Below, piece after piece: positions 27,698 to 36,914 of a stretch of DNA of 64,000 bases. Source of the DNA: an uncultured Thermoplasmata archaeon (lineage in GTDB: Archaea > Thermoplasmatota > Thermoplasmata > Lutacidiplasmatales > UBA184); assembly GCA_963719635.1 (NCBI GenBank), contig CAVRCS010000004.1:557908-621907 (forward strand), written 5' to 3'. The first letter of the stretch is position 1. Each line of letters starts with the position of its first letter. The notes under the pieces are model-generated. The model had not been told where the DNA came from. It worked only from the letters and a program-made list of their open reading frames with translations, and did no database searches. The position numbers and the translations under genes were made by a program.

Positions 27698-29263
27698 CTA
27701 GAAATTGAGGGTCGGGTAGCCCGCGGCGACAACGCCTCCGCCGGTGGGTGCGCAGAACTCTGTCGCCTCGACGGCGAAGGTGACGCCCAGCGCGGACTCG
27801 GAGTCGGTGAACTCGATCTCTGCGGTGGCGGTACCGCCGCCGGCAGCCGTGACCGCGTCGGCGCTCGGCAACGTCGCGGAGCCGCCGCTCACCGGTGCCA
27901 GACGGGTACCGTTCGCCAGCACGAACGTCCAGCTCGCGTTCGCCTCCCACGCGGCGAGCGCCGAGCTGTTGAGGTCGCTTCCCGGCATCGTCGACACGTT
28001 CTGGATCGAGAACGTGAACACCAGTCCCCGCGGGACCGGGTCGTGGTTCGTGACGGTCGCGTTGAGGTAGGCGGCGATCGCGGCGCCCAGCGGCGGGGCG
28101 ACCTCGCTCGGGGCCGCCGGGTTCAGGTGCAGCGCGCCGGTCGGCGCGGAGAGCGGCACGAGCACGAAGCCGGTGACGAGGATCGCCGCGACGAGGACCC
28201 CGACCGCGACCCGTTTCGCGTCGAGCGGGGTCACGTCGTTCAACGGGGGCGGGTGCCGAAGGCCCAGCACCAGCACGAGGACGCCGAACAGCAGCCAGCC
28301 GACGTAGAACAGTCCGAAGCCGAAGAGCGTCGCGGCCGCCGCGTAGCTGACGTACCGCGCCCGGTCGCCCAGCAGCGCCCGGAAGACATGCCCCCCGTCC
28401 AGCGTGCCCGCGGGGAGGAGGTTGATCGCGGTGACGAGGATGCCGACCCAGCCGGCGAGGGCGAGCGGGTGGAGCGAGACGATCGACGACGGGAAGAACG
28501 CGGTGAGGAGGTCCCAGAAGAGCGACGGGCCGACCAGGAGGTTGCCGTAGCTCTGTCCCAGCAGGGACGGCCCGCAGTAGCTCGCCGCGAGGACCGGGGC
28601 GTGGACGGAGAGCGCGAGGCCGCCGAGCGCGATCGGGATCGACATCGCGAAGCCGGCGAGGGGGCCGGCGGCGCCGACGTCGAACAGCGCCTTGCGGTCC
28701 GGGAACGGCTCGCGCATGGAGATGAACGCGCCGAACGTCCCGAGGATGTACGGCGGCGGGATGGGGATGAAGTACGGGAGCGACGCGTCCAGCTTGCGCC
28801 GCCGGGCGACCAAGTAGTGGGCCGACTCGTGGACGCCGAGGATCGCGAGCAGCGGGAGCGCGAAGTAGATCGCCCCGTAGAGGACGTCGCTCGGCTCCAG
28901 CACGAGGCGGCCGACGTACGAGAGCCAGAGCATCGAGCCGGCGAAGACGGTCGTCGCGACCGTCGCGCCCAGGAGCGCCAGGTTGACCCAGGGCCGCCGG
29001 GGGCCGAGTCGCGGGCGTCGGATCACCTCGATGAACTGCTCGCCGGTCTCGCGGCGCAGGATCGGGATGTAGCCGAGGGGCGCGAGCTCGACCCGGAGCG
29101 ACTCGAAGTGGCGCTCGATTGTTTTCCGGTCCGCATGGATCGCGAAGAGGACCGACTGCGGGCCGACCCGGGTCTCGTAGACGGGGAAGAACGTCGAGAC
29201 GGCCTGCCGGACCCGGTCCAGCTCGGAGCGGACGCCGGTCGGGATCGGCCCGCTGCTCGGCAT
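27698..29263 (-). CDS. Site-2 protease family (M50) intramembrane metalloprotease with an extra C-terminal extracytoplasmic domain
   Basis: HESAHY (HExxH) and NLLPAGTLDGGH (NxxPxxxLDG) motifs and multiple TM helices. The C-terminal ~130 aa are Ser/Thr/Ala-rich with N-x-S/T sequons. Confidence 0.85.
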   Translation of the reverse strand: MPSSGPIPTGVRSELDRVRQAVSTFFPVYETRVGPQSVLFAIHADRKTIERHFESLRVELAPLGYIPILRRETGEQFIEVIRRPRLGPRRPWVNLALLGATVATTVFAGSMLWLSYVGRLVLEPSDVLYGAIYFALPLLAILGVHESAHYLVARRRKLDASLPYFIPIPPPYILGTFGAFISMREPFPDRKALFDVGAAGPLAGFAMSIPIALGGLALSVHAPVLAASYCGPSLLGQSYGNLLVGPSLFWDLLTAFFPSSIVSLHPLALAGWVGILVTAINLLPAGTLDGGHVFRALLGDRARYVSYAAAATLFGFGLFYVGWLLFGVLVLVLGLRHPPPLNDVTPLDAKRVAVGVLVAAILVTGFVLVPLSAPTGALHLNPAAPSEVAPPLGAAIAAYLNATVTNHDPVPRGLVFTFSIQNVSTMPGSDLNSSALAAWEANASWTFVLANGTRLAPVSGGSATLPSADAVTAAGGGTATAEIEFTDSESALGVTFAVEATEFCAPTGGGVVAAGYPTLNF

Positions 29264-29281
29264 GATTGGCCGGGGGCCCGC

Positions 29282-29593
29282 CTACTCGGCCGCCGACTTC
29301 TTCAGTCGGCGGGAGCGCTCCTTCGAGGAGAAGCCGGTGACCTCCGCGAGGAAGCGGTTGTACCGCGCGATCGTCTCCCGCGCCACGCCGTCGTCCACGC
29401 GGGGGTTCATGCGGACGTCAACCGCGAGCGCGCGTCCGTCCGGCTTCGCCGTCAGCCGTTCGAGCGCGCCGTACGCCGCCTGTACCTCCGTCGGGAGGAC
29501 CTCTACCACCGTGAAGTGGGTGCGCGCAATCGCGCCGAGCGCCGCCACTTCGAGGTTCCGGCGGTGGCTCGCCCGGACCGGGTACTTCTGCAC
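29282..29593 (-). CDS. Hypothetical protein (~103 aa)
   Basis: ORF 29282..29635. Start moved to GTG 29593 (VQKYPV) because a TATA-like CTTTTATC sits 24 nt upstream of it, inside the longer ORF. No family recognised. Confidence 0.45.
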   Translation of the reverse strand: MQKYPVRASHRRNLEVAALGAIARTHFTVVEVLPTEVQAAYGALERLTAKPDGRALAVDVRMNPRVDDGVARETIARYNRFLAEVTGFSSKERSRRLKKSAAE

Positions 29594-29617
29594 GGCGGCC
29601 GTTGGAGTCCGGGTGCC

Positions 29618-29625
29618 GATAAAAG
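29618..29625 (-). promoter_or_regulatory. TATA-like box CTTTTATC (minus strand)
   Basis: The same octamer precedes the TPR gene at 57701. It lies 24 nt upstream of GTG 29593. Confidence 0.4.
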
Positions 29626-29667
29626 ATGGAGGCACGGCGCCCGGAGTGGGCTCGTCCCGGGTCCGCC

Positions 29668-29889
29668 TCAGACCGTCTCGATCTCGAAGAGGACGCGGAA
29701 GCCGCGGAGCTGCTCGGAGAGCGTGTCGGCGAGCTCCATCACCGTCTCGCGGGGGACCGCGCCGCGCCAGTCGTAGACGAAGTCGTAGTTGCCGTGGGTC
29801 GGGGCGAAGCCCGCCTGCAGCAGGCGGTCCGCCACCTCGGACGGCTTGCCGCCCTCACTGTCGAAGGTGACGCGGAGATACGTCTCCAT
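29668..29889 (-). CDS. Small hypothetical protein (73 aa)
   Basis: Balanced, non-junk composition (METYLRVTFDSEGGKPSEVADRLLQAGF...). ATG start. No family recognised. Confidence 0.45.
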   Translation of the reverse strand: METYLRVTFDSEGGKPSEVADRLLQAGFAPTHGNYDFVYDWRGAVPRETVMELADTLSEQLRGFRVLFEIETV

Positions 29890-29928
29890 CGGGGGCCCGA
29901 ACGGGACCCGGTTTGAAAGGGTTGTCGT

Positions 29929-30708
29929 TCAGCGGCGACGGAGGCTACGGAGGAGCGCCCGCTCGAGCGCCGCCGGGGTCCGCCCGGCGATCGCGAACGG
30001 CACCAACCCGACGTGCGGGCCCCGGAGCGCGACGGTCCACCCGCCAGCCCGGCGCGCGACCGCGATCCCCAGGTCCCGCTCCTGCTGGAGGCGCTCTGCC
30101 GCCCGAGCGAGCGCGCCCGCCGCGCGGAGCCCGGTCGGGGTCGTCCGGTGGAGACGGACCTTCGGGAACGCCGCCCGGATCGCGCGGCGTACGGCGTCCA
30201 CGTCGGGGGCCGCCGCCTCGACCCCGACCGCGAGGGGGGCCGTGCGGTGCCCCTCCCGGTCGATCTCGCCGGCGCGGATGCGACGGGAGCTCACCGGTTC
30301 GAGGTCGTCCCCGAGCACGAGCGGGACCGTCACCAACGGGATGCGCCCGTTTCCGCGCCGTACACGCTCGCGGTTGACCGCGCGGCCGCCCTCCACGGTC
30401 TCCACCGACACCACGAGCGCGTCGACCCCCGGTTCGACCGCCCCGCCGAACCGGTCGTAGATCGGCACGATGCTCCACCGCCGCGCGGGGTAGCGGCTGC
30501 TGAGCCACCGCTCGAGCGCCCGCCGGCGCGCCGCCGCCGAGGCGACCGCCGTCGGCTGCGGCTTGGGGTGCGCGGCGAGGTAGGCATCGGTGGTGAGGCC
30601 GATCGCGACCGTTCGGCCGATCCGGAACGCCGTGCGGACGAGCGCTTCGTGCCCGACGTGCAGGCGGTCGAACGTGCCGCCGAGGACCACGCGGCCGAAG
30701 CGGGGCAC
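29929..30708 (-). CDS. coaD: Archaeal-type phosphopantetheine adenylyltransferase with ~100-aa C-terminal extension
   Basis: Nucleotidyltransferase motif GGTFDRLHVGH and SSRRIR near residue 150. The extra C-terminal region is of unknown affinity. Confidence 0.7.
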   Translation of the reverse strand: MPRFGRVVLGGTFDRLHVGHEALVRTAFRIGRTVAIGLTTDAYLAAHPKPQPTAVASAAARRRALERWLSSRYPARRWSIVPIYDRFGGAVEPGVDALVVSVETVEGGRAVNRERVRRGNGRIPLVTVPLVLGDDLEPVSSRRIRAGEIDREGHRTAPLAVGVEAAAPDVDAVRRAIRAAFPKVRLHRTTPTGLRAAGALARAAERLQQERDLGIAVARRAGGWTVALRGPHVGLVPFAIAGRTPAALERALLRSLRRR

Positions 30709-30718
30709 GCCCGGCTCC

Positions 30719-30907
30719 TCAGACGTACGTCGACAACGCGACGATGACGACCGCGCCGATCGCGACGTACAGCATCAGCCGGTACGTCCGGGCGGAGCTC
30801 AGGCGGCGCTGGCGCTCGGACGCGCACGCCGCGCTGCACGTCTCGGCGTCCGGCTTCGTGACCCGTCCGCAGACCTTGCAGTGCCGGTGCTCCGCGTCGC
30901 TCGGCAT
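30719..30907 (-). CDS. DUF2116-like zinc-ribbon protein with C-terminal TM helix
   Basis: CKVCG...CSAAC four-Cys ribbon followed by LMLYVAIGAVVIVALSTYV. Confidence 0.6.
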   Translation of the reverse strand: MPSDAEHRHCKVCGRVTKPDAETCSAACASERQRRLSSARTYRLMLYVAIGAVVIVALSTYV

Positions 30908-30946
30908 CGAACTTCGACCGCCTCGACCAAAGAAGTCGGCCGGACC

Positions 30947-33900
30947 TTATGAGGTCGGCCGCCGGGGCCGGCGGGGCCTCGCCAGCCGCCCTTGCGGGCC
31001 CGGCGGCGGGGCTCCTTGGAAGACGTCTCGGCGGAGAGCTCCGGGTCCATCGGATTCGGCGGGTCGGCCGCGAACGGCGAGTCGTCCGGCGACGGCTCGC
31101 TGCCGGCGACGAACGGAGCCGGGGGGGCCGCGAGCGCCGCGAGATCCGATGGGAGCCGGCGGTCGCCGGCGTCGGGAACGCGCCGCCCTCGGGTGAGTAC
31201 CTGGCGGAGGAGGTTGAGCCAGATCCGCCCGTGGCTCTGGACGCTCGTCTCCAGCCGGTCGCGCAGGTCGGCGGTCTGTTCCTCCAGTGCCCGTTCGACG
31301 CGGTGCAGCTCTTCGAGCAGTTCCTTGCGGACCGCCAGCAGGCGGGCCTCCGACGGCTTCGCCTGGACGTTCGCCTCGTGCTCGCTCAGCTTGAGCCACG
31401 TCTGCCGGACGATCGGCAGCACGTGGTCGTTGATCACCATGACCCGCCGGTCGAGGTCCTCCAGCTCTTCGCGGAGCTTCGTCTCCATCCCAACGAGGTC
31501 GCCTTCCCGCACGGCGATCTGCTTTTCCAGCTCGGCGATCCGCCCGAGGGCGAGGTCGCTCTCGGTCCGGAACCGTCCTTCGGACTCTTCGAGGGTGCGG
31601 GCGAGCTCGGCCCGCTGTACCTCGACCGCCCCGTCGACCTCGTGGCCGACCCGCTCGCTCAGGCGGTTGTCGAAGTCGGCCGAGCCGATCGTGGCGCCGA
31701 TCGTCTCTTCGAGGTCGGCCTTCAGGCGCGCCAGGAGCTCGACGTACTTCTCCTGCTCCGCCTGCTGGGTCTCGCGGACCATCTGCTCGACGAACGACTG
31801 CATGCGGACCTGCAGGCCCGCGACCGCCGCCCGCTGCGCTTCGTTCGCTTCCGCGATCCGCGCGTCCCGCTCGAGGTTGAGCCGCCGCTCGACGTGCGCG
31901 ACCCGGTCGTCGGCCGCCCCGGAGAGCCGCTGCGCCTCGTTCGACAGGGTCGCCGCCAGGTGCTCTTCGACGTCCTTCGTCCGCCCGTCGACGAGCAGCC
32001 CGATCCGCTGCTCGAGGTCCCGGGCGTCCCGGTTCCGCTTCTGCTCTCCTTCGGCGAGGCGGGTGTCGAGGATCTCACGGACCCGCGCCTCGACCTCCTC
32101 GCGGAGCGCGTTCGCCTGCTCCTTGGACTCCAGCAGTTCCAGGTCGAGCTGGGCGACCAGCGCGGCACGGAGGTCCTCCTCCGACTTCGCCGCCCGGGCG
32201 CCGAGCTCCTCGGAAGCGTCCTTGATGTCGCGCCGGAACCGCTCGGCCCACCCTTCGGCGGTGGAACGGATCCCCTCCGAGACCCGGCTCTCGATCTCCC
32301 CGAGCTTCGGGTCGACGCGGGCGGCGATCTGCGCCTGGATCTCGGGTCCTAGGGCCGCCGCGGTGACGCTCGGCTGGCGCTCGAGGGCGGCCAGGCGGGC
32401 GCCGAGCTCGGTCCGGACGGTGTCGGCGGACTTCGTCGCCGCCTCGGCGGCCTCACGGAGGCGCGCGTCGAGCATCGCCGTCCAGCGCCGCTCCAGGTCC
32501 CGGGTTGCGAGCGAGAGGCGGGCATCCAGCAGGCCGCGGTCGGCGGTGCTCGGAACGACCGGGCCGAGCCGGTCCGCCGGGCGGACGCCGGCCGTCCCCG
32601 CGGCCTCCGCCGGCGGGGGGCGGGCGAGCGAGGAAAGGAGCGGAGGGGCCGGGGCCCGCGCGGGCGCCGTGGCGGCCGGCGCAGCGGCGCGGATCGACGG
32701 GTCGTCGGACGTGGAGACCGGGACCTTCCCGGGGGAATCCATCGGCACGGCGATCTGCGCCGGCCCGCGGAGCCACTGCGGCACACCGGCCGGTGCCGCC
32801 GGGGGCGCGGACGCCGCGGGCACGGGGGCAGGCGCCGCCGAGGTCCCGGCCGGCGGCGCGGCCGGGGCGGCCTGCTTCGGAGGGACCGGGACGGGCGGGG
32901 GAGGGGTGGGAGGACCTGCTCGCCGTCGGGGCCGGCGCGGGGGCGGCGGCAGCGACCGTCGGGGATGCGGCGGCCGCCGGAGCGGCCTCGACCGCGGCGG
33001 CGGAAAGGACCGGGCTCTCCCCCGGCCGCGCCTCGAGGGTACTCGTTCGCCCGCTTCGCCGTGTCGCCGGAGACCGAGACGGTGCGGCCCCGGGGCCGGG
33101 CGAGCAGGAGCGCGGCGGTCTCCATCGCCGTGCCGACCCGCCACATCTCCTTGCGCCGCTCGCGGCCGGTCGGCGCCTCCGCCGCCGAGAGCGCCTCGGT
33201 GAGGCGCGGTCCCTCGACCTGGTCGACGCGCCGGACGACCTCGGCGGCCTTCTCGTCCGCGTGGTCGCGGACGTACCTGGAGCACGAGCGGGAGGCTCTC
33301 CTTCGTCTTCGTGGAGGGAGGGCGCGTCAAGTCGCGGAGCGACACCGGCTGGCCTTGCCAGCTCTGCATGCGCTTGACGTGCCGCTCCCCCTCGGCCTCC
33401 TGCCGGGCTGACCCGCATCACGGCGAGCGCGAGCGGCAGCTGCTCGGTGAACTCGCGGATGTTCACCTTCGGCGCGGGCAGGAAGTACGGAAAGACGAGG
33501 AAGCTGCCGAGGGCGACCAGCGCCGCCGGCATCGCGCCGACGAGGGCCTGGACCGCCTGGCTGACCGAGTCCCACTGGTCGGCCGTCGCGACGGCGACGA
33601 CCGGTTCGGTGGTCCCGCGGTGGAAGAGGAACCCTTCGCCGACCGCCTGGAACGTAGCGGCGTCCGGCTCGGCGCGCGAGCGGCGCGCCTCCTCCCGGCC
33701 GGCCATCATCGCGTGGGCGCGGAGGACGGAGCCGCCGAACGCGCCGGTCTGCACAAGCTCCTCGGTCGCGAAGACGAGCGTCTTCATCCCGAGGCGTGGG
33801 CGGTCCTCGGTGGAGAGGAACATCCGGCCGACGCACGTGTAGCGGCCGCCGGCGGCCGGGTACAGGAAGAGGTTCGGGTAGAACGAGAGCGTCTGGCTCG

Positions 33901-34111
33901 GGTCCGGGTCCCAGTAATCCTGCGTGTCGGCGACGTTGATCGTCAGGTTGCCGACGAGGCGGATCGCCTCCAGCGCCTCCTGCCGGCCCGGGAACTCGTC
34001 CGGGATCGCCGTGTAGCCGGGGCTCTCGGCCTCGTTATCGACCTGCCGACACCAGACCGAGGCGATCGGCGCGACCGGGCGGAGGGACGCCAGCCCGCCG
34101 GCGCTCATCAC
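30947..34111 (-). CDS. ~1,050-aa protein of unknown function: novel N-terminal globular domain, Pro/Ala linker and ~550-aa coiled coil; at least four frame changes in this sequence
   Basis: The start (GTG 34111 or ATG 34108) overlaps the GTPase stop. The N-terminal ~240 aa lie in the frame of ORF 32453..34660 (SVWCRQVDNEAESPGYTAIPDEF...FLVFPYFLPAPKVNIREFTEQLPLALAV). Plausible coding then switches frames near 33407, 33275, 33040 and 32915. The coiled-coil body lies in the frame of ORF 30799..33369. The 3' end is uncertain. The track frame runs over the DUF2116 gene, while a TAA at 30947 in another frame is the likelier stop. Confidence 0.55.
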
Positions 34112-35274
34112 GACCCCTTCGTCGCGCGGCGGGCGAGGACCCGTTCGCACGCCCGAGCGAGCGGGAGCGTCGTGTTGACCATCACCGGGACCCCCAGCGT
34201 CGGCGTCCCGACCTCGGGCGCCTGCTCGCCCCCCTCGCCGAGGAACATCGGGTGGCCCTCGCCGGTGGAGACGGCGCTGGAGACGAGGAAGACGTCCTCG
34301 CGCGTGGAGATGCCGCGGCCTTCCTGTGCGACGAGGATCGTCCCCATGCCGGCGCCGTCCCGGCGGAGGAGGAAGTCGGCCGTGTCGAACTGGCTGCGGT
34401 AGCTCCGCTCCTTGATCGACCGCTCGATCTCGGCGTAGAACTCCTTGAGCCGGTCCGCCTTCGACACGGCGATGACGAGCGGCAGGTTGTGGGCCTTCAC
34501 ATACCGGAAGACCCCGCGGGCGAGGTTCACCTGCTGCGCCTGGTCGCGCAGCGAGGCGAGGGAGGGGGAGAGGAGGAGGATGAGCGCGTCCGCCCCGTCC
34601 ACGAAGCGGCCGAGCAGGGTGAGTCCGCGCCGCCAGAGCTCCTGGCGGTCCGGTCGCCACGAGTCGAAGTGCGGGATCACGCGGCAGCTCCGGTCGGTGA
34701 CCTCCGCGTCCGCGCTGCTCAGCCAGAGCCGGTCGTAGGTGAAGTAGTCGGCGATGATCCCGCCGGCCTCGTCGACCGTCTGCAGCTCCATGGGGCGCGA
34801 GCCGCCCGGGGTGTCCGCGGTGCCGAAGCGGAAGCGCATCCGCATCTCGACGAACTGGTTGAACTTCGTCGGAAGCGGGTACTTCGTCAGGATCCCCTGG
34901 TCCTCGCGGCCCGCGCTCAGCTCGACCCAGAGCTTCTTGCGGTCCTCCAGGGGGCGGTTGACGTAGTAGCGGGTCGTCGTCTCGAGGCTCCCCTCGGGGT
35001 CGGTCGGGTCGGCCGTCTCGTACGTCGTCTCCTCGAGCGCGACGTCGCTCTCCAAGTCGCCGAAGATCGGCAGGCTCCAGCCGTTCTCGGGGGTCGGGAT
35101 GTACGTGATCGGCAGGTTGAGGCCAAAGTGCCCGGAGAGGAACCGGAAGTACGTCGTCTTCCCCGACGCCGGGATCCCGACGACCGCGATCCGCGCCGAC
35201 TCCTCGGACGGCTTGGTCTCCCGCTTCGCCCCGGGGGCGCGCCGGCCCCGGGTCGTGACCTTCACTTCCGCCAC
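34108..35274 (-). CDS. Atypical P-loop GTPase (TRAFAC-like) with large insertion between G1 and G3
   Basis: G1 VVGIPASGKTT, G3 TVDEAGG, G4 AVSKAD and G5-like VSSAVSTG. About 130 aa separate G1 from G3. GTG start lies 12 nt after the vWA gene stop. Confidence 0.7.
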   Translation of the reverse strand: MAEVKVTTRGRRAPGAKRETKPSEESARIAVVGIPASGKTTYFRFLSGHFGLNLPITYIPTPENGWSLPIFGDLESDVALEETTYETADPTDPEGSLETTTRYYVNRPLEDRKKLWVELSAGREDQGILTKYPLPTKFNQFVEMRMRFRFGTADTPGGSRPMELQTVDEAGGIIADYFTYDRLWLSSADAEVTDRSCRVIPHFDSWRPDRQELWRRGLTLLGRFVDGADALILLLSPSLASLRDQAQQVNLARGVFRYVKAHNLPLVIAVSKADRLKEFYAEIERSIKERSYRSQFDTADFLLRRDGAGMGTILVAQEGRGISTREDVFLVSSAVSTGEGHPMFLGEGGEQAPEVGTPTLGVPVMVNTTLPLARACERVLARRATKGS

Positions 35275-35286
35275 GGGGTCACTCCG

Positions 35287-36824
35287 CTAACGCATCTCCG
35301 CGAGGCATATCTCAACGAAGTCAAGCGTCCCGTCCACGACCGGGCCGGTCCCGGCGAGCTCGAGGCGGGTATCCTGCAGCCGGCCGAACACCACCTCGAC
35401 CGCGGCCTCGTGCTTGAGCGCGGCGTCCTGGAGGTCGCCGGCGCCGGCGAGCCGGGTGAGCTGGTACGTCCCCCGCAGGTCCATCAGGTCGCCGAGGAGC
35501 CGTTGCAGCCGTTCGCGGATCGCGGGCCGGGTCCCCTCCAGCCGCTGCTCTGCGTCGTCGAGGAACCGGACCAGCGTCTCGGTTTCCTTGTCGTTCTGGA
35601 GCTTCGCCTGCAGCAGCGCGAGCCGGCGGACGACCTGACCCCGACTCTCGTCCGGGAGCTTCTCCGCCTCCGTCCACGCGCTCAGCAGCGCCTTCGCGGA
35701 CTCCTCCGGCTTGTTCTGCGCGAACCGGATCCTCGCCTCCCAGTAGAACCGGGTGACGGGAGGGAGGAGCGGGGCCGAGCGGGCGAGGAGCCCGGCGGCC
35801 TGGTCGTACTGCCCCGCGAGGTACGTCTCGACGACCTCGCCGATGGGGCCGTACCGGTCCTTGAGGTAGGCGGGGGTGCCGGCGACCGTCGGAAGGATCC
35901 CGACCTCGACCGACGGGGCGACGAGTGAGCTGGACGGCGACGGCGCCGCGACCGGTCCGACCTTCAGGCGCGTGACCGTCTCGTGCGCGCCCGGGTCCTT
36001 CAGCGCCTTCGCAGAGTCGGAGGCGGTCTTGGCGAGCTCCTCGGGGTGCAGCTCGTCCAGCGACGGTCGTTCGTCGCCGTAGCCGACGTCCAGGAACGCC
36101 TGCACCATCTTGGCGAACAGCGCGGAGCCGGTCGTCACCTCCTGGAACGTGAAGACGCCGGTCCCGCCGATCTCGGCGGAGCGCTGGCGCAGCCGGTCGA
36201 GGACGCCGTTCATCTGGCCGGCGTCCGCGCCCTTGTCGCGCTCGGAGCCGCTGCCGATCCCGAGGATGCGGACGCTGAGCTGCGAGTTCGGGGGAAGGAG
36301 GTGCGGGACGAGGTCGGCCCTCGCCTTCGGACCGGAACCCGGCTCCCCGACGCTCGCCGTGTACTTGGTCGAGGCGTTGTCCCAGCCATCGGTGACGAGC
36401 ACGAGGTTGCCCTGCACGCCGTTCTCGCCGGTGCGGAGCAGCTCCGCGCCCGTGGCGAGCGCGTCCCACACGGCGGACCGGCCGCTCGGCGTCAGCAGCG
36501 AGATCAGGTTCTCGATGAACGGAAGGTGGTCGCGCTGGATCATGCCGAGCGGGACGGGGACCCGGACCGTCTCGGTGAACGTCACGAGGCCGAACGGGGT
36601 CCCGCTCTTCGCCGCGTCCTTGAGGATCCGATAGACGGCGGTCCGCGCGACCTCGATCTTCTGCCGCTCGCGTGACGTCCCTTCCGGCTCGGGCAGGGGA
36701 GCCATCATGCTCTTGGAGAGGTCGAGGAGCAGGACGTTCCGTTCCCGGAGGTCCGGACCGCCGGCGGCGTCGCCGCTACTTCGGCCTGCACGCTAGGAGT
36801 CCCCGGCTCTGCGCCGACGCCCAC
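35287..36824 (-). CDS. von Willebrand factor A (vWA) domain protein with C-terminal TPR-like helical domain; 5' end frame-disrupted or non-canonical
   Basis: The frame of ORF 35287..36708 continues upstream through RNVLLLDLSKSM (MIDAS DxSxS), but no ATG/GTG/TTG occurs before the in-frame TAG at 36793. A GTG at 36824 in another frame would join near 36745. Downstream vWA elements are FGLVTFTE, SGRSAVWDAL and LVLVTDGWDN. Confidence 0.65.
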
Positions 36825-36914
36825 GCGACCCTAGCTCCGGGCGCCCGCCGGCGCCGGCCCGCCAGAGAGCATGGTCGGTCAGACCGAGAGCTGGGTATTT
36901 GTGGCTTCCGTCCG

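Noticed and set aside
30992-33377. 736-aa and 290-aa plus-strand ORFs opposite the coiled-coil gene
   Set aside because: These are Ser/Arg/Ala-rich antisense translations with no motifs. The minus strand encodes a coherent heptad-rich sequence.
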